The translations under genes were made by a program, and so were the position numbers. Under the pieces are notes generated by a model that searched no databases, was not told where the DNA came from, and saw only the letters and a list, made by a program, of their open reading frames with translations. 64,000 bases of DNA from Callorhinchus milii (lineage: Eukaryota). How positions within the stretch are numbered: position 1 is the first letter of the stretch; every line of letters starts with the position of its first letter. Where the stretch lies: contig NW_024704742.1 in the NCBI RefSeq assembly GCF_018977255.1, forward strand, positions 87,980,001 to 88,044,000. Direction: 5' to 3'. Shown here piece after piece: positions 38,775-51,634 of the stretch.

Positions 38775-39274
38775 CAGTGGAGCCTTGTTATAAGGTGATG
38801 TTTGGGATCCACAAACCTGTTTTATAGGGAGGCGCAATAGTGGGTTTGACTGAGTACGTGGGCAGAGGGTTGGTTCTCACCACATGTGCTGGGCTGTTCC
38901 CATGCTAAAAAAAAAAACAGTACCTGACCTCCGGATATTTGGGTTATTGCCACCATCATTTTCTATTTTCTGTGTATGCACAAAGCAGGAAGAGGTTGGA
39001 AAACTTCTGGAAATCAGCCATTTTATTGGCATGAGAAGCTAAAATGGCAGCTTCCGTGGCATTAGGCCACCAATGTCATCTCCTGCTTGGCAGATGTGCA
39101 GTGAAGCAGGAAGTGACGTCGGCAGCAACCTAATAACCCAGAGGGACATCTGCCATTTTAGTTTGAAAGCCCAGTCAACGTTCGGGAAGCAAGCAGGTAC
39201 ATTGTGCACATGAATAATAAATGGAGTTCACGCTGAACCCGCATTATAAAGCGCGTTAAAGTGGGGCTCCACTA
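38775..39274. mobile_element. MITE, Tc1/mariner-pogo(Tigger)-like, degenerate
   Basis: Imperfect TIRs cagtggagccttgttataa ... ttaaagtggggctccacta. Confidence 0.6.
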
Positions 39275-39834
39275 CATCTAATCTACATCATCAATAATGT
39301 ATCATTTTAAAGACTTAGATGAAATCGTCCCCAATTAGTTTCCAATTAAAACAAGTTCAGTTCTGCAAGTCTTCCCACATAACTTTACAGTATATTCTGT
39401 GAAACGGTGTGATACATCTCGAAGATGTGATAAGGTGCAAAGTCAAATGCAAGGATTATTATTTTTATTTAAATCCCAGAATCGCCCAGCTGCTCTTTTC
39501 ATCTTCCCAAATCTTGAAAACGCTTTTGAAACTAAAGTACCAAAAAATATTCTAATTGTGTCTCGCCAGATATCTAACGAGGCTCAAAAAGTGCCTTTCA
39601 CCTACTCTTTGACTTGCTTTGTTGATACCAGCTTCATATTCTTTGAAAATTTTCTGTAAGTAATTAATAATCATATCCAATCTTTTTCTTCCTTGAGATC
39701 TGTTACTATTACCTGTCATACACATGTTCACCGTTTCTTCTTTCAATATGCACCGCCTCATACTTATCAACCTAAAAATCAATCTGTGATCTCACTCACA
39801 CTTTGGCTTATTTGACCAAGATTGTTTGAATGTT

Positions 39835-39988
39835 ATCCACGACTGTTTGGGGAACACTGCTGTGCGCAATTGGCTGCCCGGTTCACCAAATACACAGTTA
39901 GTTAACTTCACAGTATATTCTGTGAAGCGCTTTGAGATGCCTCGAAGATGTCATAAGGCACTATAGCAAATGCAAGGATTATTATTAT
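39835..39988 (+). mobile_element. SINE 3' half (another tail lies at about 39383-39462)
   Basis: Diagnostic body and tail. Confidence 0.82.
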
Positions 39989-40546
39989 TTGCAATCATCT
40001 GGATAAATTATATTATTACAAAAAGTGTTTTTTTCCTCAATTTACAGAGATTAGACTCCTCAATCCTTTATGTACATCTGGACAACCACATTTTTTGTGC
40101 TTCAGTCCACAGGTGCAGCTAAAGCATTTATGCATATTTTAAAATATTAACCAGGTCCTCATCTATGTCGTTGAAGACCCATTAACAATTAATAAGAAAT
40201 TAAGGAAACTCTAAATAAGAACTAAATAATGAAATGGTCAGTCAGGCCATTCCTTCCGCAGCTCACTGACAATTATAACATTTGGAAAGCTCTGTCGAGT
40301 GAGCAACACATTTGAGGCTACAAATTTCTGGGTTTATGATCTAGTCTATTCATCGCTCCAATTTTCTGAGGGCAATAAAAAAGGTACCGTTGTATTTTTT
40401 GGGGAGGGTGGCATCTGCAGGGGCAAGGCAAAACATATCTGCAGTAATCCAAAACATACTTGCAAGTGCTGACACATCCTGAAAAGCACCAATGGGGAGG
40501 ACAATCCTATCTAGATAAGTAGAGTTCTACACAATTAAAATTAATA

Positions 40547-40883
40547 CAGTAGAGCTCGTTATAATGTGGTGTTTAGGATCTGTAAAAACCTAACCAACAA
40601 CACGTCTACACCAGCTGTTTTCAATACATCTGCGTGCAGTCGGCCAGCCCGCTTCCTGCGCTCAGCTCCCGCACTAAAATTTGGCCAACTTCTGGGTCAT
40701 CAGGTCACGCTTCTATGTCCTGCGCAATGCAGGAAGTGAAACTATGGCTACTGGATGACACAGAAGATAGCCATTTTTAGGATAGAAAGTGAGCTAGCTG
40801 GCTGCCCTCAAGCAAATGGGATCCGAACCACATTCATATTATAAGCTAATGCCAACAAAGTGTGTTATAATGGGGCTGCACTG
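40547..40883. mobile_element. MITE of the same family
   Basis: ta|cagtagagctcgttataa ... ttataatggggctgcactg, with the shared internal motif gcaggaagtga. Confidence 0.6.
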
Positions 40884-41526
40884 CACCATACTGTCATTCC
40901 TCCCTTGAATTAATAGATGCCTGAAATTCAAGGTTCCTGTACGCCCTATCCTACTCCACGGTAATTAAACAGTGAGGTTACTATTGCTTATAAATCTTTG
41001 ACCCCTCCCCCCTTTCTCAACAGATATTAATCCAGACATCTTTTAATGCAGTCAACTGACCCTAATTAGGTGATTCATGAAGTATGTCCCACATATCTAC
41101 CAGGATGTGCAATCTCTTAAAAATGTCAGTTAAGAGCATCATTAATTTCTTCCATTAATCCGGCCTGGAGAAATATGTGAGTCTAGTTACTATAAATGAT
41201 ATAATCAGTGGGCACCATATCTACATAAAACCTGATTCAGATGCATTGGGAGCTTTACATCTTAGAAAGTTGAATGTGTGACTTTTTTCTTTTGATTATG
41301 ATAGGATTATGATAGGATTTTTCACGATAAACACAAAGCAAAAAGCTCACTGTTGTTGGTGATTAACACATTTAAAATACTTGCCAAGAGTTGAATTGCA
41401 CATGTGACATAGACTGGGCAATTCTAAGTATTCTTGCATATTTGATTTATTGCAGAATAAATTCAGAATTTATTCAGAATACATTCAGCTAGAGTCCCAA
41501 CCTCTTTTATAATAGTCCCACTTTTC

Positions 41527-41707
41527 CCGGCAGGGCGAAACCTTGGGCAAGGTTCCTTATTCCAAATGCCGATAATAATCCCTCAAGAAAAAAAAATAAA
41601 CTAAATAATAATTTGGTTACTCAATCCATGACTGTTTGTGGGACTCTGCTGTGCGCAATTGGCTGCCGTGTTTTGCCCACAAATATACAGTCAATTTACT
41701 TTACAGT
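41527..41707 (+). mobile_element. SINE, short form, internal fragment
   Basis: cagggcgaaaccttgggcaag...gtgcgcaattggctgccg...actttacagt. Confidence 0.85.
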
Positions 41708-42039
41708 ACACTTTACACTTTTTATACACTTTACAAAAACATTACAGTGCCACTCTGTTATTTTTTTCTAGTGGAGTTATTTTTTGTAGCACGCTTCTTT
41801 ATAGCACAAAATGTGATCACAACATAGTTGCACCGTGGACCCCAACCACTATGCATCATTGCATCTGACCTACTTGCTTCCAATACACCAGCCAGCTTTC
41901 ATGCTAAAATGGATCACATCTGGGCTATTCGGTTGCCAATGGTATCACTTGGCAAAGATCGGGGCAGGACACTGCCAGGCAGGTATAATGCATGTAATAA
42001 TTTTAAATTGTGAAGAATTAATGATAGCTTTTTACCACA

Positions 42040-42176
42040 AATTTGATACCATTGTATAAACTTCATGTCAGGAGTAGGAATTTTGCTCTGTAGTTTTCAA
42101 ACCAGAATTTGATACCATTGTATAAACTTCATGTCAGGAGTAGGAATTTTGCTCTGTAGTTTTCAAACCAGAATTT
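42040..42176. repeat. Perfect 66-bp tandem duplication
   Basis: Units 42040-42105 and 42106-42171, followed by aattt. Confidence 0.95.
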
Positions 42177-42394
42177 TAAAAAAATCCATCTACTCACTTA
42201 ATAAAAAATGGATTTCCTAGGTCAATTTTTATATTGAGAAACAATTAACTGCTTCTTTCAAACATATTAATACCTGAATTTGAACAACTCAAATTGGGGA
42301 TCACAATTTCTTAAGAATCTTAACAACACTTCAACACAGTTTCATACCTGAATTGAATAGGAAGCCAAATAGCTTTGATCTAAAAGGTACTTAC

Positions 42395-42653
42395 AGTGGC
42401 AGAAGAGGCACGTGTTGTGTGGCTGATAGGGTGATTGGATCCATCCATTGAGCCACCTATTAGATAGGCACCCCCTGAGCTGCTGATGATCTGACCACCT
42501 GTGACGCCCATTGGAATGCCACCAGCACCCACCATGTTGTGAGATGAGACCACAGTTGTCACCTGGGCAGAGTTCCCTTGGGAATCAAAATATGTTCCCC
42601 CCGTGTTCTGGCTATACATTTGGGCTTCTGAGTAGGGATACGTCGTTGATCGG
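42395..42653 (-). CDS. RFX3: RFX3 coding exon 3 (RSTTYPYSEAQMYSQNTGG...HTTRASSAT), 259 nt
   Basis: Lies within ORF 42380..42709. Acceptor tttttttccttag|C and donor ACT|GTAAGT, phase 2 to 0, completing the Ile codon AT+C. Confidence 0.96.
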
Positions 42654-42720
42654 CTAAGGAAAAAAAAGTTTATTGATTTTAGACAGAGTAAGGAGGGAAA
42701 AAATATCAAGTATCAAGAAA

Positions 42721-43158
42721 CAGGGGAACTCTGTTATAATATCCTTCAGTATAACGCTGCCTCAGTTACAGCACTGGTGTCCTTTGGTTCTGCACTATCT
42801 AGAAATACACCAGCTTCCAGCACTACAAAATGGCCAACTTGCAGATTATCGTGGAAGCATTGCTGATATCAGTTTCTGCGGGCTGCACATACAATACAAA
42901 TTTATATAGCATATTTTATGTCGGTAGGATGTCCCAAGGTGCCAAAATGTGCGCTATGGGCAGGAAATGTTGTCAGCGGTGCTTCATGGACAGCCTTCAG
43001 GAAATAACATAAGCAGTACTTTCTGTGCACAGTGCCTAGGAAGTGACGTCAGCAGTGACCTGATAACCTACAAGTCAGTCATTTTCTAAGCGCTTCACTC
43101 ATTGTATGGCCTCAGAGCTATTAGACCGAGAGGGGCTTTGTTATAACAAATTTTCCCA
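42721..43158. mobile_element. Third, more decayed MITE copy
   Basis: caggggaactctgttataa ... ttataacaaattttccc, with internal aggaagtgacgtcagcagtgacctgataacc similar to the 39.1-kb copy. Confidence 0.5.
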
Positions 43159-43475
43159 GAATATTCACAACAATTTAAAATTATTAACTAGTACATCATT
43201 GTAATCTTTTGCTGAATATTTTAACCATGCTAAAAGGATTCTCATTTAGCCATCACTTTTGCTCTCTTGCCTTTTTAACTCTTTGACGACTTTTTGAAAT
43301 CATAAATAGCAGTTTTTGTAATAAGCTAAATGGCAAAACAGGTCATAATTTAACACTTCCCACACCTTTTGTAAATTAGTCCCCAATGTGGTTTATATGC
43401 TGTCGTTACACCGCAGAGAACATAAAGTCACAGGATGACAAAGCTGCAGTTTACACAATACTACAGATTTTAACA

Positions 43476-43780
43476 CATAATCCTTGCATTTGATATAGCG
43501 CTTTTCACGTCGGGAGGACGTCCCAAAACGCTTCACAGAACACACTGTAAAGTGAATTGACTGTATATTTGTGGGCGAACGCGGCAGCCAATTGCACACA
43601 GCAATGTCCCACAAAGAGTCGTAGATTGAAAATGACCAATTTATTATTGTTTTTGTTTTTTGGAGGGATTATTATTAGGCGTGTGGAGTAAGGAAACTTG
43701 CCCAAGGTTTCGCCCTGCCTGGAATTGAACTCAGGTCTCGTTTGCAAAGCGAGTGCTCTAACCACTGAGCTACAGGACTC
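43476..43780 (-). mobile_element. Full-length tRNA-derived SINE, short form
   Basis: Head gagtcctgtagctcagtggttagagcactcgctttgc (reverse strand), then body and tail. Confidence 0.92.
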
Positions 43781-43959
43781 TGCATACACTTTGACCAATG
43801 CAAATCTATAGGTATTTGACCTGTAAGTTTAATTTAACAGTAACAAGCATCTATGACAATTGATTATTTTCCTACTAACTGGTGATCAACATTTACTACT
43901 GAATGAAACTTTTATAACTGAGATTTGCATTATGGGGGCAAGCAGCCAGTAAGAATATT

Positions 43960-44680
43960 ACAATATAAGAAAACAGGATCAGGAGGCAATGCCTGTTTCG
44001 CCAATCGTAGCATATCTTTTTATCCCCAAACCCCTTTTAATATCTCTACCCACCCACGTCTATCTCTCTTTTAAACATCTCTATTGATTCAGCAGCTACA
44101 GCATTCTGGGACAGAGTGCTCCACATCTTCACCACCTTCTATATGAAGAAATGTTTCCAGACCTTAGTTTTAACCATCTTTGTTCTCTATTTAAGGCTAT
44201 GCCCCCTTATAATTGTTCCTTCTACCGGAGTGAAGTTGTCCCTCTCTAACCTGTCAATTCCTTTCATTATTTTAAATGTCTCGATCAAATCACCTCGTAA
44301 TCGCCCCTGCTTTAAGAATCCCCAGGCTACCCATCCTCTCATCATCAGCAGATCCTTGAGCCCAGATATTAATTGAGTAAACTGTTGCTGGACACCATCC
44401 AGGGCTACTACTGTGTAATGAATGCTCCTATCATTCTGAAAGAAGATTCAAGAATACATTTCAAAAGGGAATTGGATATACACTTGAAAAGGAAACATTT
44501 GCAAGGCTATGGGGAAAGAGCAGGACTAATTGGTTAGCTTTTTCAAAGAGCTGGCACAAGCATGATGGGCCAAATGGTCTCCTTCTGTGCTCTAAGATTT
44601 GATGATTCTATGGATGCCTAAACTGAACAGAGTACTCCAAATGAGGTCTGACCAGCACTCTGTATACCTGGAGTAGCATC
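43960..44680. mobile_element. Nested CR1 3' fragments (minus about 43960-44410 and 44610-44680; plus about 44415-44595)
   Basis: CR1 terminal motifs occur on both strands (RGDLIETFKI, LVRPHLEYSVQF, FKRELDIHL). Confidence 0.75.
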
Positions 44681-47600
44681 TCCTTACAATGATGCCAGTC
44701 ACATCATCTGTCTTCTGCAATGTATTACACAATAAAGAGAAAGCATCAAACATGTTACATCCAGCTAGATTTGCTCTTCCTGTCTGATGGTATTCACTCA
44801 TAATTAATTGAACACTTCTGTTGAATATATAACGTTTCTAAGCATCCTTCCACAGTTCTCTTTGAAAGCTGAAATCATTTATTTGTCAAATCTAGTTTAA
44901 TGGTTTGCACACATGGGCTTATTTTATCCTGTGTTAATTATAGGAATTTATAGAAAAGGAGACCTGGAAATGCATACCATCATGGTATGTATCTAAACAT
45001 TGTACTGCCATTGTTAAACAGCAGAGAGGGAGGAAAACTTCAGGATTGGGATGGTGATTCATTTTGTGTTGAATAATTTGGCTATTTTAGTACAAACCAG
45101 TTTTATTGAGCCTGTGATTTCTGACTGTTGCCTTCCACACTACTTCCTTGTTGACATCAGACACTAACACATGCAAAGAACATCATTGTTTCTGGTCACT
45201 TCAGCATTGATCCTTTTGATTCCGGAGTCGGATCTCCTGTATGAACAAGCAACTCTGAACAAGGTTTTCCCAAATTCAGCAGCTGAAAAATGTCCATTTT
45301 TTATTACACGTTGCTTTTGTTTCACTGCTTGGGAAAACCTATTGTAGACATCTGTAATGAAAGCTGAGGAATGGTATCTAGAAAAATGACACCAACCATA
45401 TAACCAATACTTCAAATGGTTAAATAAAAGCAGTCATTAAATTGTCCTTCCTCTAATACAGCTTTTAAATCATTATCTCCAGAGTCACACCTGCTTCTGA
45501 AAGCAGCTTGCAATAAAAATGTCCAAATTTCAGGCATTGAATATGGGAGAAAGTTATTCAGGGTTGGATCTCCTGTTGCTTCTGCATGTAGGAGATCTGA
45601 CTCAGTGATTAACAAGGTCAATGTCAGAGTCGCCTGATCCAATGATGTTTGGTGCCGACATGTAAGCAATGTGATGACAACAGACATACACACATGCATG
45701 CAAAAAACATCACTAGGAATGTATTTCTGTGATCTTTGCTACCCAAATAACAGTAATTGAACTGGGAAAAAAACAGGAGCAAAATTGCACAATATGGAGG
45801 CTACCTCTGGTCCTCCTGTTATTATTATTTGGGTAGTGGGGATAAAAATAATTTCGAATGAAGTTTCGTGCAAGTGTAAGCTTCTGAAATGATGAGGATA
45901 CTTGTGTGATTACGTTAAATGTTCACATGTGTATATAAGGTCGCTTCTCCACAAGTGTCCCCTGGAAGTCCAGAAGCAATGGAAAAGCCCCTAATGTAGA
46001 GCCTTGTAATGTGACAGCACCATTTTATCCCAGTTTGGCACCGCATTTCAAGCCTTGAGATACGTAAAATAAAAGTTAACTGCATATTAGTGATTCAATT
46101 CAAAAAAAATTCAATTCAAAAAAATGTGGCTCCAAGGTCATAATATTGATGGAATCTTTTTGAGGGGACAAACACCAATGTATCTTACCATTCAGACACA
46201 AGGGTCAGAAGAAAGTAATAAGTGGGCTGTATCCATTGTAGATAATATGTATTGTCAGTTTTCTGTATGATTGTGTGTTATCAATACGACCCAGGTTGAA
46301 AATCATCAACTCAATTCTCATGTGATGCTTATCAATTAAGATGGGGCTAGGAATTGAACACAGGTCATAGTGACAAAAAAGCAATCACCTGAATTCAACG
46401 GGCCACCTGAGCCAAGCCTACCAATTTCTTTAGTGTTTGGATAAACCGTGTGTATGGCAAGCCAAATCCAGGAGTTCAATTTTCAGCCCTGTCCTCCAAA
46501 TTTGCTAAGCTACTGTTGAAAATTTATTTTATGTCTTGTAGAGTTAAACTCTCAATATAACAATCCAGATCAACAACTGCAAGTTTTTTTTTCCATTTTC
46601 TTTTGGTTCATTTAAGCCACTATCCATGGTGCTGAGGACCCGATGATTTATCCTTCACTGACTCTAATAATAGTCTCAGTTAAATGTCAAGGTTGAGCTC
46701 AGTCTGCTTCTTCAAATTAAACTTTTTGTTCTCTGATCACATCTCAAGAAGCTAAACCTATTTAGAGAATGTACGAAAATCTTTCATTCTTCAGCACTAA
46801 TATAATCTTTAATGCTGCACACTGTTTGCTTCAGAAATTATTTATAAGATTAATAACTGGAAATCAGGAAAACATACAACTGTAAAAATATTCAAACTGG
46901 CATCATATTGCTGAACAGTGGAGTAGTTTGATGGCATGCCTTTCAGTGGTGATATCAGCCAACAGAGAGAAATGGAGAGAGAGAGAGAGAAAAAAGAGGG
47001 GAGACACATTCTTCCTGTCAATCTCAAATGGATTAAAACCCACCTTGTGAGGGTGAAAGGACTGTGTGCTAACTCACTGCACCAGCTACTCTCCCTGCGG
47101 TCAGCAGTTTAGCCAGCATGCTGAAATGTAGTGAGAACTATTTGACTGCACACATGGAGCAATAACCATTCACACAGGTTTTCCTAGTAGCTCAATTTAA
47201 ATCCATGACTACTACTGAGTACGTAATTCTGCACAGAAGAAAACAGTCGGCTTTGGGTCTGAAAAAAATAGTTTTTTTTTCTCAGAATGTTTGCTAACCT
47301 CTTTGTGCAACAGTACATTTATTAATATCTAATGGTCACGCTGAGGCTGATTTTAGTTTGCTCTGCTGTGCTGATGTATTCTGTTGATTTCAAAGCTAAT
47401 TGTGACATGATTGTTTAGTCTATAGAATACTCACAGCAACAAGAGCATTATTTAAAAACAAATTTCTTCAACTCTATGCTATGCTATTCCTCCCCCTCAG
47501 TGTCTGTGTCACAGATTAACAAGAAGGCCCATGTCTGTATGGTTAATAAACTGTCAATGACACTTGAATCCAGCTATTCTAATAAAAGTTGGTTCAACGT

Positions 47601-48819
47601 TAGTGGGGGCTTGGTTCCAGCTGAAACCCACTCAGATTGACAAAAGTCTCAAGGCTACTTATCCAAATATTTGTTGGGTGAGGTAGGGGGTTGTGTGCCA
47701 CAATAGAGCAATGTATCATGCTACTGGAGTTATTGTGCCCTAGGCTGGTAGGTGAAGCAAAACCTGGATGCAGTCAGATTATGAGACCACTCCTAGGCTG
47801 CGTGGCCTCCAGGATTGCCATTGAGAAGTGTTGGAGGCCTGGGCATATCCAGCATGAGTTTCTCCATTGTTATGGCCCTTGCAGCACTTGTCTGACAGGA
47901 AAAGGTAGAATTTGTGGCACTTGCACGGTTGTACAGGATTGCAAATTTGATCTGAGCCTCCCAGATTCCACTGCGTAGAGAGGTTGACATTGAGAGGTTT
48001 CTTCTCCTTTTCTTTTCCCTGTTGCTAGGCTAGTTTCATTCCAGTACTTGTCTGGGTTTTCTGCCGCTTTTCATGATGGAGGAGAATATGGCCCTCAAGA
48101 TACAGCCATGTTTGTTTGAAGCAATCAAGGCAGTTTCTTTTGAAGTTTGGTTGGGTCCTAGGCATAGTGCCGGATTCAGCAGTAGTTTAGGTTGGGCAAG
48201 ATTAAAGATCCCCCTCAGTTTTATTCTTAACCAGCTCAGTTATTTTAAATAAGTAAATTGAAATGCCATCAACAGCTTTTGTTTGGGGGCTGATAATTAC
48301 AATCATTATGGAGAAACAAATTCTAAGCTTGAGTTTTGCTTAAGATTCACAAATGTTGTACGCTGAATCTCTGTATGTACAACATTCTTAACTGCAATCT
48401 TTATGAGTAAACTATCTACTGTATCCATGGTTTGCAACATTTAAAACTGTATTGTGCCCCACTCAATCTTTTCTCCAGAGAAAAAAAATGTTTAATCCTC
48501 TTAATTTTCTTCTTCATGTTAAGTATAGACAACAACATGCACAAAACAGATTTAATGAGGAAAAATATCTTGAGGAGCTTCACAGAGACAGAGTGGAAAT
48601 CTCAGCAAGGTGGAAAATGAGAATGGGGTGGGGTGGGGAAAGGACGAGTTGATCCTAGGTTGTGCTACCAACTGAGCCAAACTGATACCTAATACAAACC
48701 ACTCAAATCAGAATTAGGTCAGACAGTGAAGTAAGTGATAGGTCAAGTTTTGTACATGAAGGCTGAACTTCATTGCCAAAAATGAACAACATGCTATGGT
48801 ATGGAAAGGGAGAGAAAAA

Positions 48820-48929
48820 AACAGAAAATGGCGGAAATCAGAAACCAAAGCAAACACTGGAAATCTACAGATCAATCAGCAACCTAAAGCAAAAGGTTAA
48901 TATTTCAAGCATGACTCTTCATCAGAACT
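48820..48929 (-). mobile_element. Old Penelope-like fragment with a minimal hammerhead-like motif
   Basis: Reverse strand reads GTT-CTGATGA-A-GAG-TCATG-CTT-GAAATATT-AAC, followed by a degenerate version of the 21.6-kb arm. Confidence 0.5.
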
Positions 48930-49349
48930 CATGGGAGATTCTTTTTCATTTGTTCAATCTCTGGATACAAATCGTAGAATATTAAAGCAATGCAGATACT
49001 CTAAAGACCTGCATCTTCAAGTCACTTTCAAGTATTGTGGGACCAAAAACTTATTAACCTAAACTGCTAATAATGATTAGACAAGCACACAGTCTATTTC
49101 AGTTGCCTCCGTACAGATAACTTTGCATGACTGCACAGATGAGTGAGCTCTGAACTCCAAACATTCCCGGTGGGTCTGGTCCTTTTTCTGGAAGCAGCAT
49201 GAAGAGATGCATGTCATTACCCAATTTGCTAATTTAATTTGGAAAATAGTTTATTCAAATAATTGTTTCTAAATTACATATACAAATTGTGGTGATAATC
49301 TTCCCTCCCATCATCTACATAAAGAAGATAGATCTGAACCTCTGTGTAC

Positions 49350-49642
49350 CGACCATCCTTCAGATGAGATATTAAAACAAGGTCATATTTGCTTGTTCAG
49401 GTGTATGTTAAAGACCCCATGGCACTATTGAAAAAGAGAAGCGAGTTTCCTTGGGGTCCTGGCCAACTATCCACCCAAATAAAAAAAATGATCATTCACT
49501 TCATGACTGACTGTGGGACATTGCTGTATGTAAACTGGCTGCCACGTTCATCCACTCTCTGCATTTACAGTTTATCCTGTGAAGCGCTTTGGGATATCCT
49601 CCTGACATGAAACGTGCTATATCAAATGTAAGGATTATTATT
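49350..49642 (+). mobile_element. DeuSINE-like 3' part
   Basis: ccttcagatgagatattaaa...aaagaccccatggcactatt...tail. Confidence 0.75.
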
Positions 49643-49864
49643 ACATTTACTATCTGATACTACCTTTCAATGGAAATTGGATATGATGATCAGTAATTTT
49701 TTAGCACCATGTTTGCAGAGGTAAATTAAATTCTATACAATCATTGGTAGAAATGTCTGATGCAGACCTAAAAAATGCATTTCAAGTATGAAGTAAGGTC
49801 CAGTGGGTCCAGCAAATGGAGAGCGAGAAGGTCTGAGAGAGCCATCATCACTTTGTTGCCCTAA

Positions 49865-50188
49865 TATTGCAGAACAGTGGCAAGGACAGCAAAATCAATG
49901 GTAAGCTATGCGGTTTTAGCTGGTTCGACTTCAGCACTACCCCAATGCACTCTCTGGGGTCCCAAGCCTTGGCTCTTGCCAACCTGCGCCTAATACTTTC
50001 CTAAATTAGGTAAGCAGGATGTGTCTCTCCAGTGTGATAGCACATATTCCATTCCAACAATCTATCTCTGGGATTTCCATGTGAGGTGGGATACGTGAAA
50101 TTTTCAGCTTACTGTTGACGTGTGGAAACCCATCACCATACTCTTAAGCAAGGTAATGGGTTTCCATAGTGTCAGATACCCAGCTGAC
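49865..50188 (+). repeat. Unclassified dispersed repeat, copy 1
   Basis: aagctatgcggttttagctg...cccaagccttggctctt...aattaggtaagcaggatg...atttccatgtg.ggtgggat is shared with copies 2 and 3. Confidence 0.8.
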
Positions 50189-51634
50189 AAAAAGAGAAAA
50201 ACCTCTCCTGCAAAAAAGATTGCCTCCCATTATTTTGCTGTCCAGTAACATACCATAAACAGAATGGTTTGTTTTTTAATGGGCATCACTCAACGATAAT
50301 GAAATAAATTTGATTAACTGTGATGTCTTGAGGACACTATGTTCTGTTGTAACAACCTCATAAAGGACATCATAAGCAAATTATACAGTACCAATATACT
50401 GCATATTTTGAATCACAAGTATTTCCTAATAAAGTCACTGCAAGACTTCTTGTTAAAGGCCAGTTATAAATAAAGCACTGGAAAGTCAATAAGCAGTTCT
50501 CATAGGAGCCCAGTAAATCAGGAACTGAAGGTCCATCTCGCCACAAGTCCGTTCTTCCCACCCAGGTATGACTGTTCTATTAGTCGACTGCAGAATGCCG
50601 ATGGAAATAATTAATACCAAAAAAACTATTCTTTACAAAAATTTATATTTTGATAGAGTTCACATAAAAGGAATGCCTCAATATTGCATTAGTGCTTGAC
50701 AAACATTATGATGCACATCGAACAGAGAAGCAAGAAACGCAAGTATGTCGTCCAATTGTGTGGTCAAAGTATGTACACTGGAACATTCTATGACTTGAAA
50801 TAATATTATTTATCGGAAACTTCTTTATCTTTCCAATGGGATCTTTAATGTCCAGGTTTAACATCTCATGAAAAGGACAGCAACTTTACCAATGCAGCAC
50901 ATCCCCATTACTGAGTGTTAGCCTAGATTATATGAGTTCAAAGGCCTGATGTGAGTCTTGAACATACAATCTTCTGACTCAGAGCCAAGCGTGCTACCAA
51001 CTGATCCTGGCTGTTAGGAGGATTATGAAGGTAGAGAGAGAGGTAACAAGGTAAGTCATTTAAGAAGAATGTTCCAGTGTATAAATCCCAATGCTCAGGA
51101 CACTAATGGTGGAGAAAAGGGGAGTGACAAAAACACCAGAGTTCGAAATGAAAAGCATAATAATTACAATTAACTCTTCAAATAAACAGTTCAAATTTGA
51201 AGAATAACTCATCACAAATCGGTCTCAATTCTACCCCTGAAAATCTGAACACTATCTAGCTAAATAGTATTGTGCCATCCAAACAGTATATTTGTACAGC
51301 TATAGAATGCTAAGAAGAATCATAAAAGTGAGTTGGGAGAACATTTGATCCTTCTTTTGAATTTTATCGTTTAAAGATATCTTTCATGAGAGTGAATAGA
51401 CAACCATTGAATTGGTTCAATTCAAACTGAACTTCACTGGGCCCATTGAATTGGAGTCTATTGTGGATTACTCTCTTCTCTGGCTGAGTGTCAAGGTGAG
51501 ATCTCGGCCCAGATCCAAGATTACATTTAATTTTTCAACTCTGGAATAAAAAACATCTTTAGCAGAGACCATTAAACTTAGCAAAAAAAACTTCAACTTT
51601 ATTAAATAAAGATGGCACGGGTTACCAGGAAGGG

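Noticed and set aside
41932..41946. X-box-like GTTGCCAATGGTATC as an RFX autoregulatory site
   Set aside because: It has one mismatch to a degenerate consensus, and several such hits are expected by chance in 64 kb.
47560..48240. Possible decayed RTE-like element or coding remnant
   Set aside because: No convincing motif could be read in any frame; left unclassified.
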